DNA from: Chiloscyllium plagiosum
Taxonomy: Eukaryota
Length of the DNA stretch: 51,679 nt
Direction of reading: 5' to 3'
NCBI RefSeq assembly: GCF_004010195.1
Contig: NC_057757.1
Location: 5,286,103 to 5,337,781 of the forward strand
This document shows, piece after piece, positions 37,290-49,704 of this stretch. The notes beneath the pieces were generated by a model, which saw only the letters and a program-made list of their open reading frames with translations, had not been told where the DNA came from and did not search any database. Position numbers and translations under genes: made by a program. Position 1 is the stretch's first letter. Each line of letters begins with the position of its first letter.

Positions 37290-37620
37290 GGGCAGCACAG
37301 TGGCTCAATGGTTAGCACTGTTGCCTCACAGTGCCAGGGACGTGGGTGTGATTCCCGCCTCAGGCACTATCTGTGTGGAGTTTGCACATTCTTCCCGTGT
37401 CTGCTTGGGCTTCCTCTGGGCACTTCTGTTTGCTTCCACATTCCAAAGATGTGCAGGTCAGGTGAATTGGCCTTGCTGAATTGCCCCTGGTGTTAGGTGC
37501 ATTAGCCAGGGATAAATATAAGTTAGGGGAATGGGTCTGGGTGGGTTACTCTTCGGAGGGTTGGTGTGAACTTGTTGAGCCAAATGGCCTGTTTCCACAC
37601 TGTAGATAATCTAATCTAAT
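37290..37620 (+). mobile_element. HE1-type SINE
   Basis: Head, body, (ATCTA)n tail. Confidence 0.9.
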
Positions 37621-38313
37621 TGCCCAGAGGGCAGTGGAGAGTCGACCATATTGCTTTGGACCTGCAGTCCCATGTGGGACAGACCAGGTAAGGATGGCAG
37701 TAAGACATTAGTGACACAGATGGGATTTTTCTGACAATTGACAATGGATTCATGGTCATCATTGGATTCCTAATTCCTGATTTTTTTTATTCAAGTGATT
37801 CAAACTCCCTAGAATATTCCCTGGGTCTTTGGATTAACAGTCCAGTGTTAGTACCGCTAGGCCATCACTTCCCCAAAAACCAGCAGCGCCCTCCAGTGTC
37901 AGTGGTGAGTTTGAAATATTTGGTCTTGCAGTGACATCTCTTGTACTGTTGAAAGTGAAGCCATGTACAGACCAGACCTTAGCTGTCCCATGGGTGTCAT
38001 GTTTGGTGTTGTTGCCTCTGGCTGCGGCGTTGTCACTCCTAAATTATCTTGATCCCATCCAACAGGTGTGCATGAACACAGCGGCATTGGGTCACACTAA
38101 ATCCAGGCTTACCTAGATAAATCCGGTGATGCCTACCGTGGGCAAACAGCTGCCCTGCAATGCAAGGCAGTAGTCTGGTGTGAAGAGGGTGTTACCAGTG
38201 TCGGGGACTGGAAAGAATTGACGAATTGATACTTTTGGGAAAACAGAGAATGCATTGCTTGAAAGAAATGTGTTGTGCACTTTGTACTTAGCAAAAGCCT
38301 GTTTTGTTTTCAG

Positions 38314-38376
38314 CCTCGTATCGACTCCTTGCGAAGATTTCCACTCAGGCAGAGTACGTCCAAGAAAGTGGAAGAG
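38314..38376 (+). CDS. Gene X exon 3 (PRIDSLRRFPLRQSTSKKVEE), phase 0-0
   Basis: gttttgttttcag| ... GAG|gtcagt; 63 nt, retains CpGs. Confidence 0.72.
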
Positions 38377-38761
38377 GTCAGTCATCCATGAAACTCATGA
38401 ATCCTTTCAGAAACAAACCATTCAGCCCATCTGGTCCATGTTTATGCTGCAAATCATTTGCTTCTCAGAGTACTTCCTCTTGCTCCGTCATAACTTCCTG
38501 TTCCTTTCTGCCCTCCAACCTCCTGTTAATTACATCTATATTATTCACCTCCACTCAGTCCCTGTGTCCCTCAGTCATTTCCACATTCTCGCCACCCTCT
38601 GAGTGAAGATGTTTCATCTGAGTTCCCCTTCTTGATTTATCATAGAATTATACATCGCTGAAAAGGCCCTTTAGCCATCAAGCCAATGCCAACTAAAGAA
38701 TGACTCTAAGTCTACACTAGTCCCACGATTCAGCACCTGGCCCATACCTTAGCATGTTTAA

Positions 38762-39090
38762 ATTAGATTAGATTAGATTACTTACAGTGTGGAAACAGGC
38801 CCTTCGGCCCAATAAGCCCTCCGAAGAACAACCCATCCAGACCCATTCCCCAACATTTACCCTTTCACCTAACACTATGGGCAATTTAGCATGGCCAATT
38901 CACCTAACCTGCACATCTTTGGACTGTGGGAGGAAACCGGAGCACCCGGAGGAAACCCACTTAGACACTGGGCGAACATGCAAACTCCAAACAGACAGTT
39001 GCCCAAGGTGGGAATTGAACCCGGGTCTCTGACGCTGTGAGGCAGCAGTGCTGACACTGTGAGGCAGCAGTGCTAACTGCTGTGCTACCG
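38762..39090 (-). mobile_element. HE1-type SINE with an internal duplication of about 21 bp in the head
   Basis: CTGTGAGGCAGCAGTGCT occurs twice at about 39035-39077. Confidence 0.9.
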
Positions 39091-39104
39091 TGTTATGGCA
39101 TTTT

Positions 39105-39595
39105 AAGTGCTCATCCGAGTACTTTCAAAAGGTTTAGAGATTTCCCGCCCTCGAATACCCTCCAGACAGTGCATTCCCGACCCCCACCAGCCACTAGGTG
39201 AAAAATATTTTTCTGAAATCCTCTTTAAACCGCCTGGTAATCTTATACCTCTATCAGATCCCCTCTCAGCCTTTTCTGCTGTAGGGAAACAATCTGAGCT
39301 TATCCAGCCTCTCCTCATTGGAGAGGCAACATCCTGGGTGAATCTCCTTTGCAATATCTTCAATGTGATCATATCCTTCCCATGGTGTGGGGGCCAGAAC
39401 TGCAGACAGTACTCCAGCCGTGGCCTATACAGCTGCAACATTACCTCCCTCCTCTTCTCATCTGTGCCACGGCTGTGATAAAAAGACAAGTGTCCCCTAT
39501 GCCTTCTTAACCACCCTATTATCCTGTCCTGCCACCTTCACGGATCTGAGGACAAGCTCCCCGAGATTCCATTGTTCCTCCGAGCTTCATAGTAT
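39105..39595 (-). mobile_element. Decayed CR1 fragment
   Basis: EVMLQLYRPRLEYCLQFWPP. Confidence 0.85.
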
Positions 39596-40010
39596 TAAAT
39601 GCTACAGGTTAATCAGACCACAATGAAAGCAAAATATTGTAAATTGTTGATGAATGTCTAGGACTTGTCGTTCTGCCGCCAACCCCCCCCCCCCCCAACA
39701 CCTCCACACATGGAAACACAAGCCCTATGTCTGCACTTTTGCAATCTTATAGACGCTTACCAGGTATGTCTTTTTCTGTGAAAAGACACTGTCACTGTTC
39801 AGCATTTCTTGATGGGTCTAACCTTTCAGCTTCTGCAGTATTCGAGTAAATATTCTTTTTTTTTTCACTTTCTGCATCCTTTTTACAACATCAGAGAAAT
39901 GTTGCAACTCTGAAATTTGGTCCATCCTGTTTGCACCAAGCAATTTACTTTGTGGCATTTTTCCTGCCGTCTCCCTGTAACCCTACATGTTTGTCCTCTT
40001 TAGAAAGGAT

Positions 40011-40362
40011 GGGTGGCATGGTGGCTCAGTGGTTAGCACTGCTGCCTCATAGCGCCAGGGACCCAAATTCAATCCCAGCCTCGGGCGACTGTCTGTGTGG
40101 AGTTTACACATTCCCCCCCTGTCTGCGTGGGTTTCCTCTGGATGCTCCAGTTTCTTCCCACAGTCCAAAGATGTGCAGGTTAGGATGGATTGGCCATGCT
40201 AAATTGCCCATAGTGTTCAGCGATGTGTAGGTTAGGTGCATCAGTCAGGGGTAAATGTAAGGAAACAGGGTAGGGGAATGGGTCTGGGTGGGTAATTCTT
40301 CGGAGGGTCGGTGTGGACTTGTTGGGCCTAAGGGTCTGTTTCCACACTGTAGGGATTCTATG
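40011..40362 (+). mobile_element. HE1-type SINE, full length
   Basis: GTGGCTCAGTGGTTAGC A-box, B-box-like TTCAATCCC, body, tail. Confidence 0.92.
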
Positions 40363-41763
40363 AAAGCAATTCCCTTTAGAATGCTTCAGTTGGGGACGCT
40401 GCACTCACACACTGTGGGGGTTGGGGGGGGGAAGGGATGATGAATCTAAGACATTCAAAGATGGTCACAGGATCAGCCCAGAGAATATAGAGCTGTGCTG
40501 TTGTCACTCTGCATCTCAAAGTAGACACTGAACCGGAGAAAATAAAGTCTCTAAAGATTTGCAGTGGACTGGTCTGGCTTACTCTGAGCAATGTATTTGT
40601 GGTCTCAGCACTTGAAAAGGGAATTAGTTGACAAAGTTGGGAAAGAGCAGGGGTGGTATCAAGTGTAAATGTAACTGATTGCAAAGTAGTTTAACAACCG
40701 ATGTTCACTTTTGTAGGAAATGTGGCAGCCAATTCACATAAAGAGAACTCTCTCAGCAATATGATAATGACCAGATTATCTATTTTTGTGATGTTGATTG
40801 AGGGCTAAATATTGTCCTGGCTGCTTGGGAGAATTCCCCTGCTGTTCCTCAAACATGGGATCTTGCGCATCCCACCTGAGCAGATAGGGGGTTTAACAAT
40901 TTTTGCAAAAGATGGCATCTACAACAGTGCAGAGCTCCGTAAGAACTAAGGAGATGTGAGGGGTAGGTTTTTTAAACAGTCTGTGGAATGTGCTGCCAGA
41001 GGAGGAGGTGGAAGCAGATATGATAGCGACATTAAAGGGGCATCTTGACAGACACCTGAATAGGCAAGGAACAGAGGGAAATGGACTGTGTAGGGGCAAA
41101 AGAGAGGTAACATATGTAGCCACAGGCTTGGTGGGCCGAAGGGCCTGTGCTGTACTGGCCTTTGTTCTTAAGGCATGATTCCAAGCGGTATCACTCTGTC
41201 AAGCTATTGCTTGACTAGTCTGTGAAACAGCTCTTTCAGTTTCAGCACTAAGCCCCAGATATTATTAAGGAGGAACTCGTAAGGTTGATAGGGCTGTGTT
41301 CGTTGTTGTCGTTGCCAGTGCCTTAGTTGATGTCAGGTAGTCTGTCAATTTCATTCCTTTTATTTTTATTTTTAGCAGTTGATTTCAGAGATCAGTTAAG
41401 AGTTAAGGTCTGGAGTCGTGTGTATGCCAGCTGGGGAAAGGACAGAAGTTTTCTTTCCGAAATGCCATTCGTTGGCTTTTTACAATAATCGCCCATCATT
41501 TCATTGTTAGACTTGTGTTTCCAGATTTTAACTCAGTTCAGTATCCACCATCTGCTGTGATGGGATTTGAACCTGGATCTCTGGATTATTAATCCGTTGA
41601 CAATACTATGAGGCCTCCCCTTAATTGTTAGAGGTTGTGGGTTTGGAGGTTCTGTCAAGGAAGCCTCGTTGATACCGGTGGGTGGTGGAAGGAGAGAGAA
41701 TGAAATATTGTCACCCTGTTTGTTGATTAACAGATGTCTAATCTCATTGAATAGTTTCTTCAG

Positions 41764-41841
41764 TGTCTTCAGACTCCCAGCCAACCAGCAAGGCGCAGTA
41801 ATCAAGTTCCAATGTCGTCGTCAGCTTCGAAAATGCGAGAG
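41764..41841 (+). CDS. Gene X exon 4 ((CLQ)TPSQPARRSNQVPMSSSASKMRE), phase 0-0; alternative in-frame acceptor at 41773
   Basis: gtttcttcag|TGTCTTCAG|ACT ... GAG|gtatga; 78 or 69 nt. Confidence 0.68.
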
Positions 41842-42254
41842 GTATGATAGAGTTGAGGAAATATGTTACGTTACTGTGGTACACCTGGTGCTCAGTCGGG
41901 TGGCTGCTTCAGTGGCTACACTGGTGTTGGGAAGAGCTGCAGAGGTCCTGGGTTTCTCGCGCTGTGTTCTGAATTTGTTGGAATGTTGGGGGAACACTAC
42001 TGAGTGTTCCCCCTACTTACTGGGCCTCGCAAGACATGAGTCAGCCACACGGTATTCTGAATTGTCTGAATCTCTCTGGTTCCCCTTCTGGAACGTGCTT
42101 ACGTGGAGTGAGGCGGTGATGCATTCTGTGGTTCTGCCATCTGTTGCTGCCAGGGGAACCTAGCAGCCAAGTGCTGTACAGTGGTCGGTGATCATGGAGC
42201 TATTCCAGCTCAGATTTCGGGGAAAGGTTCCGGAGTGTTAACAAAAGATGGAGA

Positions 42255-42625
42255 AGCCTACAATAATGTAACGGGACTGGACAGGGTAAACACAGAAGGC
42301 ATGTTCCCAACGACTGGGGAGTCCAGAACTCAGGGGTCACAGTCTAAGGATACAGGGTAGGCCATGTAGGACTGAGATGAGGAGAGATGTCTTCACCCAG
42401 AGAGTGGGGAGCATGTGGAATTCTCTGCCGCAGAAAGCGATTAAGGCCAAAACATTGAATGTTTTCAAAAGAGCTTAGCTATAGTTCTTGGGGCTAAAGG
42501 GATTAAAGAGTTTGGGAGGAAGCAGGTGCAGGGTAACGTGTTGGATGATCAGCCGCGATCACATTGAATGGCGGAGCGGGCTCGAAGGGCCAAATGGCCT
42601 ACTCCTGCTCCTATTTCCTATGTTT
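42255..42625 (+). mobile_element. CR1 3' end (different subfamily)
   Basis: TTCACCCAGAGAGTGG...TGGAATTCTCTGCC and ctcctgctcctatttcctatgtttc tail. Confidence 0.8.
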
Positions 42626-43363
42626 CTGTTTGTAAGCACTTATAATGGTGCCTGAACTAGAAATCCAGAGTACCAGGCTCATAATCTGGTGATATGGGTG
42701 CAGGCAGCTGGTGGAATTTAAGATCAGTTTCTTTAAAAAAAAATCTGGATTTGAAAATTATTCTCTAATGATGTCCTTGAAACTGTAAGAACTCCAGGGA
42801 TGGTCAACAAATTCTGGCCTGGCCACCGATGCCCTCTTCCCTTGAAAAAGAAAACATGCAGTGAAGGTCATTGCATTGAGTATAGGAGTTGGGAGGTCAT
42901 GTGGATGTACGGGACATTGGTTAGGCCACCTTTGGAATACTGCATTCAATTCTGGTCTCCCTGCTATAGGAAAGACGTTGTGAAACTTGTAAAGGTTCAG
43001 AAAAGATCTACCAGGATGTTGCTGGGGTTGGAGGGTATGAGCTATAGGGAGAGGCTGTACAGACTGGGGCTGTTTTCCCTGGAGAGTGGGAGGTTGAGTG
43101 GTGACCTTATGGAAGTTGATAAAATCATGAGGGACATGGATAGGGTAAATAGACAAGGTCTTTTCCCAGGGTAGGGGAGTGCAAAACTAGTGGGCATAGG
43201 TTTAAGTTGACAAAGGAAAGATTTAAAAGGGACTCGAGGGGCCACTCGAGGTGGTGCGTATATGGAATGAGCTGCCAGTGGAAGTGGTGGAGGCTGGTAC
43301 AACAATAACATTTAAAAGGCATCTGGATGGGTACATGAATAGGAAGGGGTTAAAGGGATATGC

Positions 43364-43488
43364 GAAAGTGAGGATTGCAGATGCTGGAGATTAGACTTGT
43401 GAGTGTGGTGCTGGAAAAGCACAACAGGTCAGGCAGTATCTGAGGAACAGGAGAATCGACATTTCAGGCAAAAGCCCTTCATCAGGAA
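43364..43488 (-). mobile_element. Solo Penelope terminus inserted in a CR1, with a 14-bp duplication (one mismatch)
   Basis: TTAAAGGGATATGC and TTAGAGGGATATGC flank the insert; hammerhead-like core at about 43457-43486. Confidence 0.75.
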
Positions 43489-43546
43489 TTAGAGGGATAT
43501 GCATCAAACGCCGGCAAATGGGACTAGATTAGATTAGGAAACCTGG

Positions 43547-44329
43547 TGTTATGGTCACTTAGAGATGGAGCAACTGTCATCGATCAGTGGTAAACAAGCA
43601 GGAGGCCGGAAGAACACAGTGAGCCAGGCGGCATCAGGGGGTGGAGAAGTCAACATTTCAGGTGTAACCGTTCGTTATATAATGTTTTGTCGGGGGTGGC
43701 ATGGTGGCTCAGTGGTTAGCACTGCTGCCACACACGGTGCCAGGACCCAGGCTCGATTCCAGCCTCGGGCGACTGTCTGTGTGGAGTTTGCACGTTCTCC
43801 CCGTGTCTGTGTGGGTTTCCTCCGGGTGCTCCGGTCTCCTGCTACAGTCACAAAGATATGCAGGTTTGGGTGGATTGGATGCACCTAACTCAATGGGCAA
43901 TTTAGCAGCCAATCCACCTGACCTGCACATCTTTGGATTGTGGGAGGAAATCCGATCATCCGGACGAAACCCATGCAGACACTGGGAGAATGTGCCAACT
44001 CCACAAAGACAGTCACCCGAGGCTGGAATCGAACCCGGGTCCCTGGTACTGTGAGGTAGCAGTGCTAACCACTGTGCCACTGTGCTGCCCCGATTTTTAC
44101 AGAGTTGGGGTTAGATAATAAGTAGTTAAGAGAAAGGGGGCTTGGATTTGTGTGCATAGCTGTTGTTTAGTGTTCACTATTAGAGTTAAGAAAGTAAATT
44201 GTTATTTTTCTTAAATAGTGGAATTTAGGAGTTTTCTGTCACTCACATTTGTACAGATTACGAGGCGAGGTGAGCTTTTCTGGGTGTTCGGTTTAATTTA
44301 CAGAGAGGTTTGACCTCTGCGTTGTAACA
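43547..44329 (+). mobile_element. Probable LTR remnant inserted in a CR1 tail, itself holding a Penelope piece and two SINEs
   Basis: TGTTAT...GTAACA termini; flanks CTGG/CAGG; the CR1 tail joins across the insert. Confidence 0.55.
43693..44090. mobile_element. Two HE1-type SINE 5' halves joined tail-to-tail (inverted pair)
   Basis: + copy at 43693-43880, - copy at 43880-44090. Confidence 0.85.
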
Positions 44330-44760
44330 CAGGTCGGCATGGATGAGTTGGACCAAAGGGTCTATTTCCATGCTGTACAACCCTGTGACTCTATAAGGGC
44401 AGATGAGAGTTGTGCATGTTTATCTTGTCTTTGTGACCCAAGAGTTCTGTCATTAAACCTGTTGAAGACAGAGATCGTCAGGTTTTAGATATAAAATGGG
44501 AGAACTGTGGATGCTGTGAATCCGAAACGAAAACAGAAATCACTGGAAATGCTCAGCAGGCCTGGCAGCACCATTGGAGAGAAATCAGAGTCAATGTTTC
44601 AGGTCGAGTGACCCTCCCTCAGAACTTGTGACAGAGTTTAGATTCCAGTGAGATCATGGGATATGGGGTTGGCATTGAAAAGGAAAATAGCATGTATTTG
44701 AGTAGCCGAGATCTGAAATGGCAGAGCAGGTTCAGGGGGCTGAAAAGCCTAGACTGAGTA

Positions 44761-45339
44761 CAGAGGAACCTCGATTGTCCGAATATCAATTGTCCGAATT
44801 TCGGATTATCCGAAGAAGATCTCAAGGTGCCGATAGAAACATTACATCAAAGAGGTGTTTCAATACTGATCATATCCTTTGTTTGCAATGATTAAAAATG
44901 AACCCAGCTTACTGAAATGCTGCTGAGGGTGGGGGCGGGTTGGGAGGGAAGATTGGGGGGGAGGGCGGGGGAAGATTGGGTGGGGGCAGACGGGGAGTCA
45001 GGGTCTCTCATGTAGTGTGTTGCTGCCTAATCTCCTGAATGGGGAGTGGACTTAGCAAGTGCTCGCTGTGTCAATCCCATTGAACTGATGGGGTGGGGGG
45101 GGGGGGGGGGGAGAGGCTTCAGCAATGCTACAGGTCCCTTGCACATAAGTGTGTCTCTGCTCAGAAACAAACCCTGAAACAGAGGGAGAGAGAGAGCAAG
45201 GCAGGCAGAGCGAGGAGAAAAGAAACTTCAGAAAACCCCAAGCCCCGGAGGAGAGGCATTAAATCAATTAACCCAAATAATCAATTATCCGAACGAAATA
45301 GTGCCCGCCCATTTCATTCGGATAATCAAGGTTCCTCCG
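44761..45339. mobile_element. Non-autonomous Tigger/pogo-like DNA transposon
   Basis: TA|CAGAGGAACCTCGATTGTCCGAA ... TTCGGATAATCAAGGTTCCTCCG|TA (20/23 match); subterminal ATT(G/A)TCCGAA repeats. Confidence 0.85.
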
Positions 45340-45829
45340 TATCAAATTTCCATCTTTCAGGTTTGGGTGGAAGGATTATTAAAGCCAGATTGGGGAATCG
45401 CAGGCGACCTTCAGTTGCTCAGCAGGTGGCAGGAGGGGGAGATGGAACATGGTGGAAAGCCTGTAAGCTGCAAATGTTTTTGTAAAAACCACCCACCTTT
45501 TCATGTTTCAGTTTCACAACAGCAATCAGACCTTGGAAATATGCCCAATGGGCTACACGCACCCCCCCCCCCCCTTGAGAAAAAAGTTATCTGTGAGGAT
45601 TTGCAGGAGCCTTGCACTTAGGGCCCTCTCTGTGGCTGCCTCTTGTACTCACTGCGTCAAAATCTCACAGGGTGACCCCACTGGGGTGGTCACTACGCCC
45701 ATTTCGGGAAACCTGAGGGTTAAAAAAAACTTTCATCAGCTGCATTAACTGTAAGATTAAGAGTTTGGTTCAGTTTGTGTTTTACGCGGGCAGAAGACGA
45801 AGCACTTTTATTACTTGTTGACTTTATAG

Positions 45830-45926
45830 GTCTCGTCAGACAAATGTCAGAGGGTTTCACCAGAAGTCAGAATTACACAGGTCGTCGACTGGAAGGATTT
45901 CATTTGCAAAAGGCTGTTCCGGGGAG
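45830..45926 (+). CDS. Gene X exon 5 (VSSDKCQRVSPEVRITQVVDWKDFICKRLFRG), phase 0-1
   Basis: ttgttgactttatag| ... GAG|gtaagg; 97 nt. All three frames are open; the frame was chosen by phase compatibility with exons 4 and 6. Confidence 0.72.
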
Positions 45927-45977
45927 GTAAGGGGCTCTGCTGTGTTCAGGAAGGGCTTGAATGGGAGCAACGTTTGG

Positions 45978-46342
45978 AAGTTTACAAAATCATGAGGGAC
46001 ATGGATAGGGTAAACAGGCAAGGTCTTTTCTCCAGAGTTGGGGAATCCAAAACTAGAGGACATAAGCTTAAGGTGAGAGGGGAAAAGATTTGAAAGGGAC
46101 CTGAGGGGTAACTTTTTTTCACACAAAGTGGTGGGTGTATGGAAAGAGCTGCCAGAGGAAGTGGTGGAGGCTGGTGCAATTACAACATTTAAAAGGCATC
46201 TGGATGGGTATATGAATAGGAAGGGTTTAGAGGGATATGGGTCAAATGCTGGCAAGTGGGACTAGATTAATTTAGGATATCTGGTCAGCATGAATGAGTT
46301 GGACTGAAGGGTCTGTTTCCGTGCTGTACATCTCTATGACTG
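45978..46342 (+). mobile_element. CR1 3' end
   Basis: Near-identical to the tails at 14750-15118 and 19400-19749. Confidence 0.9.
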
Positions 46343-46431
46343 TAAAAATGCAAACTTTCCGAGAGCATCCCTGGGCTGTGGATGTTTCGCATACCTAATT
46401 GACCATTTCTTGATTAACATTGCTTTCTTTA

Positions 46432-46908
46432 TAGAATCCCGACAGTGCGGAAGCAGGCCATTCGGCTCATTGAGTCCATACTGACCCTCCGTGCATTATC
46501 CCATTCAGACCCACCAGCCTACCCTATAACAGTCAGCTCACACTTCCCTTGGTTAATCCATCTAGCCTGTACCCAACTGCCTAATTGACTGAGCATCTAG
46601 TTACCTGTCAGTTAACACACCACAGTGTTCCCTGGCCGGGCTTTCTGTACCGATTTTTAATCATTTGTATGAATGACTTGGATGTGAATATAGGAGGTAT
46701 AGTTGTAAGTTACACCATGGGCAACTTAACATGGCCAATCCACCGAACCCGCACATTTGTGGACTGTTGGTGGAGACTGGAGCACCCGGAGGAAACCCAT
46801 GCAGACATGGCGAAGTATGTGCAAACTCCATGTAGTCAGTCATCCAAGGCCAGAATCAAACCTGGGTCCCTGGCACTGTGAGGCAATAGTGCTGACCACT
46901 GAGCCACT
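46432..46908 (-). mobile_element. HE1-type SINE split into two pieces (46432-46570, 46712-46908)
   Basis: Tail and head halves are separated by a CR1-like fragment. Confidence 0.75.
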
Positions 46909-47043
46909 GCAAGTCAGGTGGGGTTACAGGACAAAGGCGGGTAACTTGAGAAAAGATAGGCATGATCTGATTGAGTGACAGGATAGGCTCGAAGGGGGTG
47001 TGGCCTATTCCTGTTGTTCTTCTTTTTCCCCACCTTACTCAAG

Positions 47044-47165
47044 TTGAACTGTTCTATCTCTCCGAAGAAGAGAATGAGGATGAAAACCCAGAACCAAAGG
47101 AACATGAAGGACTCTCTGAGGTTCGGCCTGATAAAACCCTGAGTACCGAATCTGGGGCGGTGAAG
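47044..47165 (+). CDS. Gene X exon 6 (VELFYLSEEENEDENPEPKEHEGLSEVRPDKTLSTESGAVK), phase 1-0
   Basis: ctttttccccaccttactcaag| ... AAG|gtaatg; 122 nt; only one frame is open. Confidence 0.75.
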
Positions 47166-47979
47166 GTAATGTGTGTAAAGCAGTCTTCATCATTGCTGAA
47201 TGAATAGGACTGCAAAATTATCATGAACTATTTGGAATGATTTGAGTGCTCGGCTTCTAAGGGCAAATATATGATCAGAAGAAATTAAAGGAGGCCATTC
47301 AGCCCCCTCAGTCCAAGAGATGAAATAAACTTGGTGTTGTATTCCTTGGAATGGAGAAGGCTAAAGGGGCGCCTGATTGAGATGTACAGAATTGAGGGGC
47401 ATAGATAGGACAGATAGGAATAAACCTTTCCCATTACTAGAAGGGTGGGAGCACAGATTTAACCTCAGGGACATTCCAGTTCCTAAGGATTCCCAGCTTA
47501 AAATAGGCCTCCCTCATGTCACCCATCTCAAATCTATGCCTCTGGTTCTTAATCCTTCCACCGTTAGGAGCAACACATCAATCAAATCTCTCTTAGCCTT
47601 CTCTTCTCTAAGTAAGGTAGTCCAAAGTTCTCTTCTCTATCTACACCACAGAAGTTCTTCATCCTGGGAAACACACTTTATGCCAACCTCACACATGCTT
47701 TCACGTCCTTTCGTAAAGACTTGGACACTGAGAATACTCCCGTTGAGATCAACTCAGTGCTCAGTCCCCAGCCTAATTGACTGTTTCTTTAGCCTGGTCG
47801 GTCATGACCGTGATGACTGCACATAATTCCCAGGTTCCTATGCGTAGACAGACCCTTGAATGTATATACTATTTAATGTGCACTGTGGGGTGTTCGATCA
47901 CAGTCTACCATCCATATTTGCCAGGTGTTTTATTTTGCTTGTTAGAATGGGTATTGTGCACATAGGCTGTATTACTGTT

Positions 47980-48585
47980 ATAGAGTCATACAGCATGGAA
48001 ACAGACCCTTCGGTCCAACAAGTCTATGCCGACCACAATCCCAAACTAAAGCAGTCCCACCTGCCTTCTCCTAGCCCACATCCCTCCAAACCTTTCCTAT
48101 TCGTGGACTTAGCCAAATGTCTGTTAAACGTTGTAACTGTAGCCATGTCCACCACTTCCTCAGGAAGTTCATGCCACGCACGAACCACCCTCTGTGTAAA
48201 CAATTTGCCCCTCGTCTTTTTAAATCTCTCTCCTCTCACCTTAAAAATGTGCCCTCTCGTTTTAAAATCCCTGTTCTAGGGGAAAAGATAACTACAATTA
48301 ACCCTGTTTATGCCCCTCATTATATAAAGTCGCCTTTCAAGCTGCTAAGTTCCAGTGAAAAGAAAGTTCACTATCCAGCCTTTCTTTATAACTCAAACCT
48401 TCCACATCTTCCTGAACCCCCTCCAGCTTAATAATACCCTTCCTAGAACTGGGGCACGGTACTTACGCCACACTGTCCAGTATAACCTCAACATGCCAAC
48501 TCAAAGGTCTGAGCACTGCAGGAAAGCGTGCTAAACATCTTTTTAACCATCCTGTCAGTATGTGATGCAAACTTCAAAGAATTAT
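47980..48585 (-). mobile_element. CR1 3' fragment
   Basis: FTQRVVRAWHELPEEVVD; gagtcatacagcatggaaac tail. Confidence 0.88.
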
Positions 48586-48898
48586 GTTCTACTGTAAAGT
48601 TTATTGTTTAATCAAAACAGTGGATTTTTAAGGCCCTTTTTTAGACTCTGGGTCCCACACTTTGTCTGGTCACTGGCCTCTAGCCAGATCTTAACTTAAA
48701 CTCTTTGGATGAAGTTACCATTTCAGAGAGCAGTTAAGAATCAACCACATTGCTCTGGCCTCTTGACTTTCCACAAAGGGATGAACAGCAGGATTCCACT
48801 AAAAAGCACCTATTGGAAAAACAAAATGGTAGTTTGCTTTTCTTTTCTTTCTGTTAATCGAAGGAAGCACGTTTTGTTTTTTTTTTATATTTTTTAAG

Positions 48899-49025
48899 GT
48901 CTCCGAGAAGACAAGTCTGAGGAAGTCCCAACCTGACACAGGATCAGTGAAAACGCCACAGAGGAGAGACAGTAGTGGTCGCTGGCTGCCGAAGGTTACC
49001 TCTGCCAAAGCTTCGTCCACGAAAG
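48899..49025 (+). CDS. Gene X exon 7 (VSEKTSLRKSQPDTGSVKTPQRRDSSGRWLPKVTSAKASSTK), phase 0-1
   Basis: Long poly-T tract then aag| ... AAG|gtaggg; 127 nt; only the phase-0 frame is open. Confidence 0.78.
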
Positions 49026-49161
49026 GTAGGGGCTCTGCTGGAGCTGTGATGCGGTGCGTAGAGTCTCATAGCTTTGAAAGTCTGGCCAACGAGTGACATG
49101 AAGTTGGATTATATTTGGGAAATCATAATCCGGTTCCTCAGCCTATCTGAAATGCCCAGAC

Positions 49162-49180
49162 TGGCCACCAGAGGGCAGGC
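49162..49180 (+). promoter_or_regulatory. CTCF-like motif in gene X intron 7
   Basis: TGGCCACCAGAGGGCAGGC closely matches the CTCF core. Weaker candidates lie near 30655-30672 and 37881-37900 (-). Confidence 0.45.
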
Positions 49181-49704
49181 AGGATCAGAGAAGAACTCAG
49201 TGCCGGCAGAGAGGCCATTCTGTCCATCATGGTGGGATAGCTCTTTGGAAGAGACGGCAATCAAATCTTGTTGAATTCCAGAACAGCCCCAAAGAGCCAA
49301 ATGGCCTAGTCCTGATTCCAAGCTGTCCAAATAATTCCACTTCTTTTTTCCCCTGCCAATGCCATCCCGTCAATCATTTATCCAATTCCCTTTCGCAAAG
49401 GGATTCTCAGTGGTTCAGTCGAGAGCAATCTTTAGAACGTGTTTTTTTTTTTAATGTTTGTGGGATGTGGGCCCTGTTAGTTGGATGGCATTTGTTGTCC
49501 ATCAGTAATTGTTCTGGTGAAGATGGGAGTGAGCTTCTTTCTTGTAGTCTGAGAGATGTAGCAACGTCTACAGTGGAAGGGAGTTCCAGAATATTGAACC
49601 AGCAATGTAACTCTGCATCTTAAAACCCACTCTTGGGAAGTGTGACAAATGCATGTGACGTATGAACTGAAGCACATTCATGCAAATTCCCTTTCCTACC
49701 CTTG

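Larger units (their letters stand above)
42870..44395 (+). mobile_element. CR1 3' fragment carrying nested insertions
   Basis: LVRPPLEYCIQFWSP; the tail is split at 43546 and resumes at about 44330. Confidence 0.85.
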
